Source of the DNA: Malacoraja senta | Lineage: Eukaryota | DNA length: 64,000 nt | NCBI GenBank assembly: GCA_038087875.1 | Contig: JAXLNO010004595.1 | Coordinates: forward strand, 1-64,000 | Reading direction: 5' to 3' | Shown here: piece by piece, positions 59,801 through 64,000 of the stretch | Layout: the number at the start of each line of letters is the position of its first letter | How positions within the stretch are numbered: position 1 is the stretch's first letter | The notes under the pieces: generated by a model | What the model was told of the DNA's origin: nothing | Database searches by the model: none | What the model saw: only the letters and a program-made list of their open reading frames with translations | Made by a program: the position numbers and the translations under genes

Positions 59801-60378
59801 GTAAAGCACTTTGGCCAACGAGAGTTGTTTTTTAAATGTGCTATATAAATAAATGTGACTTGACTTGACTTGACTAAACCAACATCTTCAGCTCACATTG
59901 CCCAGAGCAAACAAACATAATTGGTGGTGCCCTCCCCTAATTCCCCATTTGATGGTGCCCTCCTCTAATTCACCATTGTAGGGAAACAGGCCCTTCTGCC
60001 CTCCACGTGCACGCTGACCATAGTTTTTGTAAATTGCACTGGTGTGCAGGGAATAGATAAGAAAGGGGAATAACCCAGTTAGCTTGAGTTAACGTACACC
60101 CGTTGAGTTAACGTACACCCGTTGGCTGACTTTCTTAAATCCAAAAGTGATTGTCGAGCATACTGAATGTGTGAAAGAACAAAATGTACAAAAAGAACAA
60201 ATAATAAAAATAAAATACACACAAGTTTGCTGTATTTCACACAACACACACACGTCGTTACAGGGAGAACCTGCAAACTTCACAGACAGCACCTGAGGTC
60301 AGGATCGTACCCGAGTATATGAGGCAGCAGCTCTACCTGCTGCACCACTGTGCCACCCTATTAAAGGGAAGTAAATAT

Positions 60379-60463
60379 GGGCACTGACGGGATTTGAACC
60401 TGTGATCTTTGTTTACAAGATGTTAAAGTTGGCACAGTTGCCTTACCAAATTGCCACAGTTAT
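60379..60463 (-). pseudogene. Degenerate tRNA-Thr-like relic, unit 3
   Basis: Copy of 45600-45684. Confidence 0.6.
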
Positions 60464-61190
60464 AATCTGAATCAGCACAAATTATACCCAGTAGTTGTTT
60501 TAAAATTTGAAAAACATCCTCCCACCCCCACTCTCAGTCTGAAACATATAAAATAGGTGCAGGAGTAGGCCATTCGGCCCTTCGGCCCTTCGAGCCAGCA
60601 CAGCCATTGAATATGATCATGGCTGATCATCTAAAATCAATACCCCGTTCCTGCTTTTTCCCCATATCCCTTGATTCCCTGAGCACTAAGAGCTAAATCT
60701 AACTCTCTCTTGAGAAGGGTCTCGACCCAAAACATCACCCTTTCTTTCTATCCAGATACGCTGCCTGTCCCGCCGAGTTACTCCAGCATTTTGTGTCTAT
60801 CTTCGGAGTAAACCAGATAGACTGCAGTTGCTGGAAAAATCGAAGGTAGACAAAAATGCTGGAGAAACTCAGCGGGTGAGGCAGCATCTATGGAGCGAAG
60901 GAATAGGTGACCTTTTGGGTTGAGACCCTTCTTCAGACTGATTCGGGGTGGGGGGGTGTGGGCGGGGCGGGAAGAAGAAGAAAGGAAGAGGCGGAGACAG
61001 TGGGCTGTGGGAGAGCTGGGAAGGGGAGTGGAAAGAGGGAGAAAGCAAGGAATACCTGAAATTGGAGAAATTAATGTTCCTACCGCTATTTCAGGTAGTC
61101 CTTGCTTTCTCCCTCTTTCCCCTCCTTTTCCCAGCTCTCCCACAGCCCACTGTCTCCCGTCTCTTCCTTTCTTCTTACCCCCACCCACAC

Positions 61191-61230
61191 ATCAGTCTGT
61201 GGAAGGGTCTCGACCCGAAACGTCACCTAT
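61191..61230 (+). ncRNA. Hammerhead motif with core mutation (CUGUGGA), unit 4
   Basis: A6>U in the conserved CUGA; probably inactive. Confidence 0.45.
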
Positions 61231-64000
61231 TCCTTCGCTCCATAGATGCTGCCTCACCCACTGAGTTTCTCCAGCATTTTTGTCTACCATTGGTGTCTAA
61301 ACCCATGACTGTAAGCTTCAGGGAAGAGCATCTGGTGACTTTACCTCGTCTCGTTATGTGACTCCAGGCCCCCAGTCATGTAGTCGACCCTTATCAGCTC
61401 TGAAATGGCCCAGGGAAGCATCCAGTTCAAAAGCGGTTGTGGACGGGAAATAAATGTTAGTTCACTTCACTTGCACCTCCTCCAACCTCATCAACCTCAA
61501 GGTGTGGACTCTTACACATCTGCGAGACCAAACGTAGACTGGGCGATAGTTTCGCTGAAAACCTTCGCTCAGTCTGCCTGGACCAACCTGATCTCCCGGT
61601 TGCCAAACACTTTAATTCCCCGCCCCATTCCCACACTGACCTTTCTGTCCTGGACCCCCTCCACTGTCAGAGTGAGATGAAACACAAATTGGAGGAACAG
61701 CGTCTCATATTTCACTTGGACAGCTTACAACCCAGCAGTATGAATATTGATTTCATGAATTGTTTCCATGTCCCAGCTACACTAGTCCCACCTGCCTGTG
61801 TTTGGCCCACATCCTTCCAACCCTGTCCTATCAATGTACCTGTCCAACTGTTTCTTAAATATTGGGATAGTGCCAGCCACAACTACCTCCTCCCGCAGCT
61901 CATTCCATACACCCACCACCCTCTGTGTGGAAAAGTTACCCCTCAGATTCCAATTCAATCTTTTCCCCTTCACCTTGAACCTATGTCCTCTGGTCCTCGA
62001 TTCCCCTACTCTGGGCAAAGGACTTTGTGCATCTACCCGATCTATTCCTCTCATGATTTTGTACACCTCTATAAGGTCACCCCTCATCTTCCTGCGCTCC
62101 AAGGATTAGAGTCCCAGCATACTCAACCTTTCCCTATAGCCGACCCTGAAATCCTGGCAACATCCTCATGAATCTTCTCCGTACCCTTTCCAGCTTGTTG
62201 ACATCTTCCCAATAACATGCTGCCCAGAACTGAACACAATACTCTAAATGTGGTCCCATCAATGACTTATATAATAGACAATAGACAATAGGTGCAGGTG
62301 TAGGCCATTCGGCCCTTCGAGTCAGCACCGCCATTCAATGTGATCATGGCAAATTATCCACAATAAGGAGCCCGTTCCAGCCTCCTCCTCATATCCCCTG
62401 ACTCCGCTATCTTTAAGAGCCCTATCTAGCTCTCTCTTGAAAGTATCCAGAGAACCTGCCTCCACCGCCCTCTGAGGCAGATAATTCGCACATGACCTCT
62501 CAACTTCTATACTCAATACTCAGACTGATGAAACCCAATGTGTCAAAAGTCTTTTTGACCACCCTATCTACCTGTGACTCCACCTTCAAGGAACCATGCA
62601 CCTGTACTCCTAGATCCCTCTGCTCTACAACACTCCCCGGAGGCCTACCATTATCTGGTCATGTCCCCAATGTCTTTTCCCCGAGGTGTGTTCCTCCAAT
62701 ACCCGGACCCGTGGGATTTCCTGCAATGTCTGGCCCTCGGACTTACGCCTTTTGGATCAGGTGCTGGTGTTGACTCTTCAGTATCTGTTGTATCCTATTC
62801 TGAACCTGTCCATTTACTCCTCTCCTGATGCGTTTTAGCCCAATATCTGATGTATTTGGTGCACTCATAGAGTCATAGATTAATACAGTGTGGAAACAGG
62901 CCCTTCAGCCCAAGACGCCCACACCGGCCAACAATGTCCCAGCTACCCTAGTCCCACTTGCCTGCACTTGGTCCATATCCCTCCAAACCTGTCATCTTGG
63001 GGAACGGCTGCTAACCAGCAGCCGTCCGTTAATTTCACTTTTTGCTTTAGTTTTTAGTTAACTATGTCTGTCTCTCCTTGGGAATTTGACTTTTCTTGTG
63101 GGGGGGCAATGGGGAAAACTATTTTTAGGTCCCTACCTGGTCGGTGAGGCGGCTTTTTCTCCGGGCTGCCCCGTCGACCCGTCCTTGCGGCCTACCAGCG
63201 GGCCTGGAGCGGCGTTTCCTGGCGGGGACCGCCTCGCACCTTCAGCTTTGGTGGCAGCACAGCGCTGGAGCACTATTGCGGAGCGGAGTGGGCGATACCT
63301 TGCCTGGGTCGCCGCGCTGGATCGACGCGCTGGAGTTCCGGTGAGCTGCGACCGCCGAGCTCAACACCTCCGGGCTGCGGGACTTGCGGAGCGACCAGCC
63401 GCGGGCGGCGGCGCCGACTCCAACATCGGGAGCCTCTGAGCTCCAAATCGGCGCGGCCTTGTTGGCTTCAGGTGCCACGGACTCCAATAGGAGATTAGCT
63501 GTTCCAGCCGCTGCGAGGACTCTCCCGACACCAGGGCAACTGCACCCGGCGAGAACGGCCAGGAACATCGGGCCTCCGTAGAGGCAACTGTGGAGGCCTC
63601 AATATGCCGTCTTTGGGAGAACTGGGGTTGGGGACTGGACATTGTGCCTTCCCCCACAGTGGTAATCATTGTAGGGGATGATTTTTGTTTGTGTGTAAAT
63701 GTTAATTGATTGTTTTACTTAATGTCCAAGATGGCTGCTGGAAGGGGGAGTGGACGCTGGCGCGTATTAGCAACCGCTGCTCTCTCTTCCATACTGTGTT
63801 TTTGATTTTTGTGTTCGGATTGAATTCTGTTTTTATTTGTGTACTTGTGATGTCTTTACTATTTATTTTTTCTGCTTACATGTTTCTACTGTAAAATCTG
63901 TAAGGTGTCCTTGAGATTTGAAAGGCGCCCATAAATAAAATGTATTATTATTATTATTATTACATGTCCAAATGTTTCTTAAACGATGGACTACCTCCTC

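Larger units (their letters stand above)
38837..64000. repeat. Tandem macro-repeat of ~7.2-7.4 kb units (starts ~38837, 46033, 53411, 60820; last unit truncated by the window end)
   Basis: The same ordered mosaic of Penelope, CR1, GC-rich repeat, unique 1.3-kb block, L2, SINEs and tRNA relic recurs with scattered substitutions; unit 1 has deletions and a private CR1 insertion. Confidence 0.97.

Overview
Vertebrate DNA, almost certainly a cartilaginous fish (skate/ray-type repeats plus an IgW-like gene). The only host gene I can support is a minus-strand immunoglobulin heavy-chain constant region of the IgW (IgX/omega) type; IgNAR is not excluded because these domains are homologous in both. 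In transcription order it has a CH3-like 3' remnant (38377-38478), an open CH4-like exon (37511-37828), a CH5-like exon with a TGG>TAG stop (36192-36512) and an open CH6-like exon with secretory tailpiece (23868-24253). Downstream of that tailpiece exon and its poly(A) signal lies a second, diverged CH3-like/CH4-like pair (16251-16542 with an 11-bp frameshift; 15507-15824 open). No V, D, J, CH1, CH2 or TM exon is visible, and the locus looks pseudogenised. The rest is mobile DNA. A head-to-tail Helitron-like concatemer occupies 1148-10216. Two DIRS (tyrosine-recombinase) retroelements sit head-to-head around the tailpiece exon; one splits the 3' UTR and the other carries a nested, RNase-H-deleted Gypsy element with identical LTRs. 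Rex1/Babar, L2 and CR1 LINE fragments, SINEs and MITEs are scattered throughout. A ~7.2-7.4 kb tandem macro-repeat runs from 38.8 kb to the window end. Its units carry a Penelope fold-back with a minimal hammerhead-ribozyme motif, a tRNA-Thr relic and a candidate Cys-containing terminal exon. Most ORFs in the supplied track are spurious (low-complexity or antisense to TEs). All calls were made by eye, without database searches.
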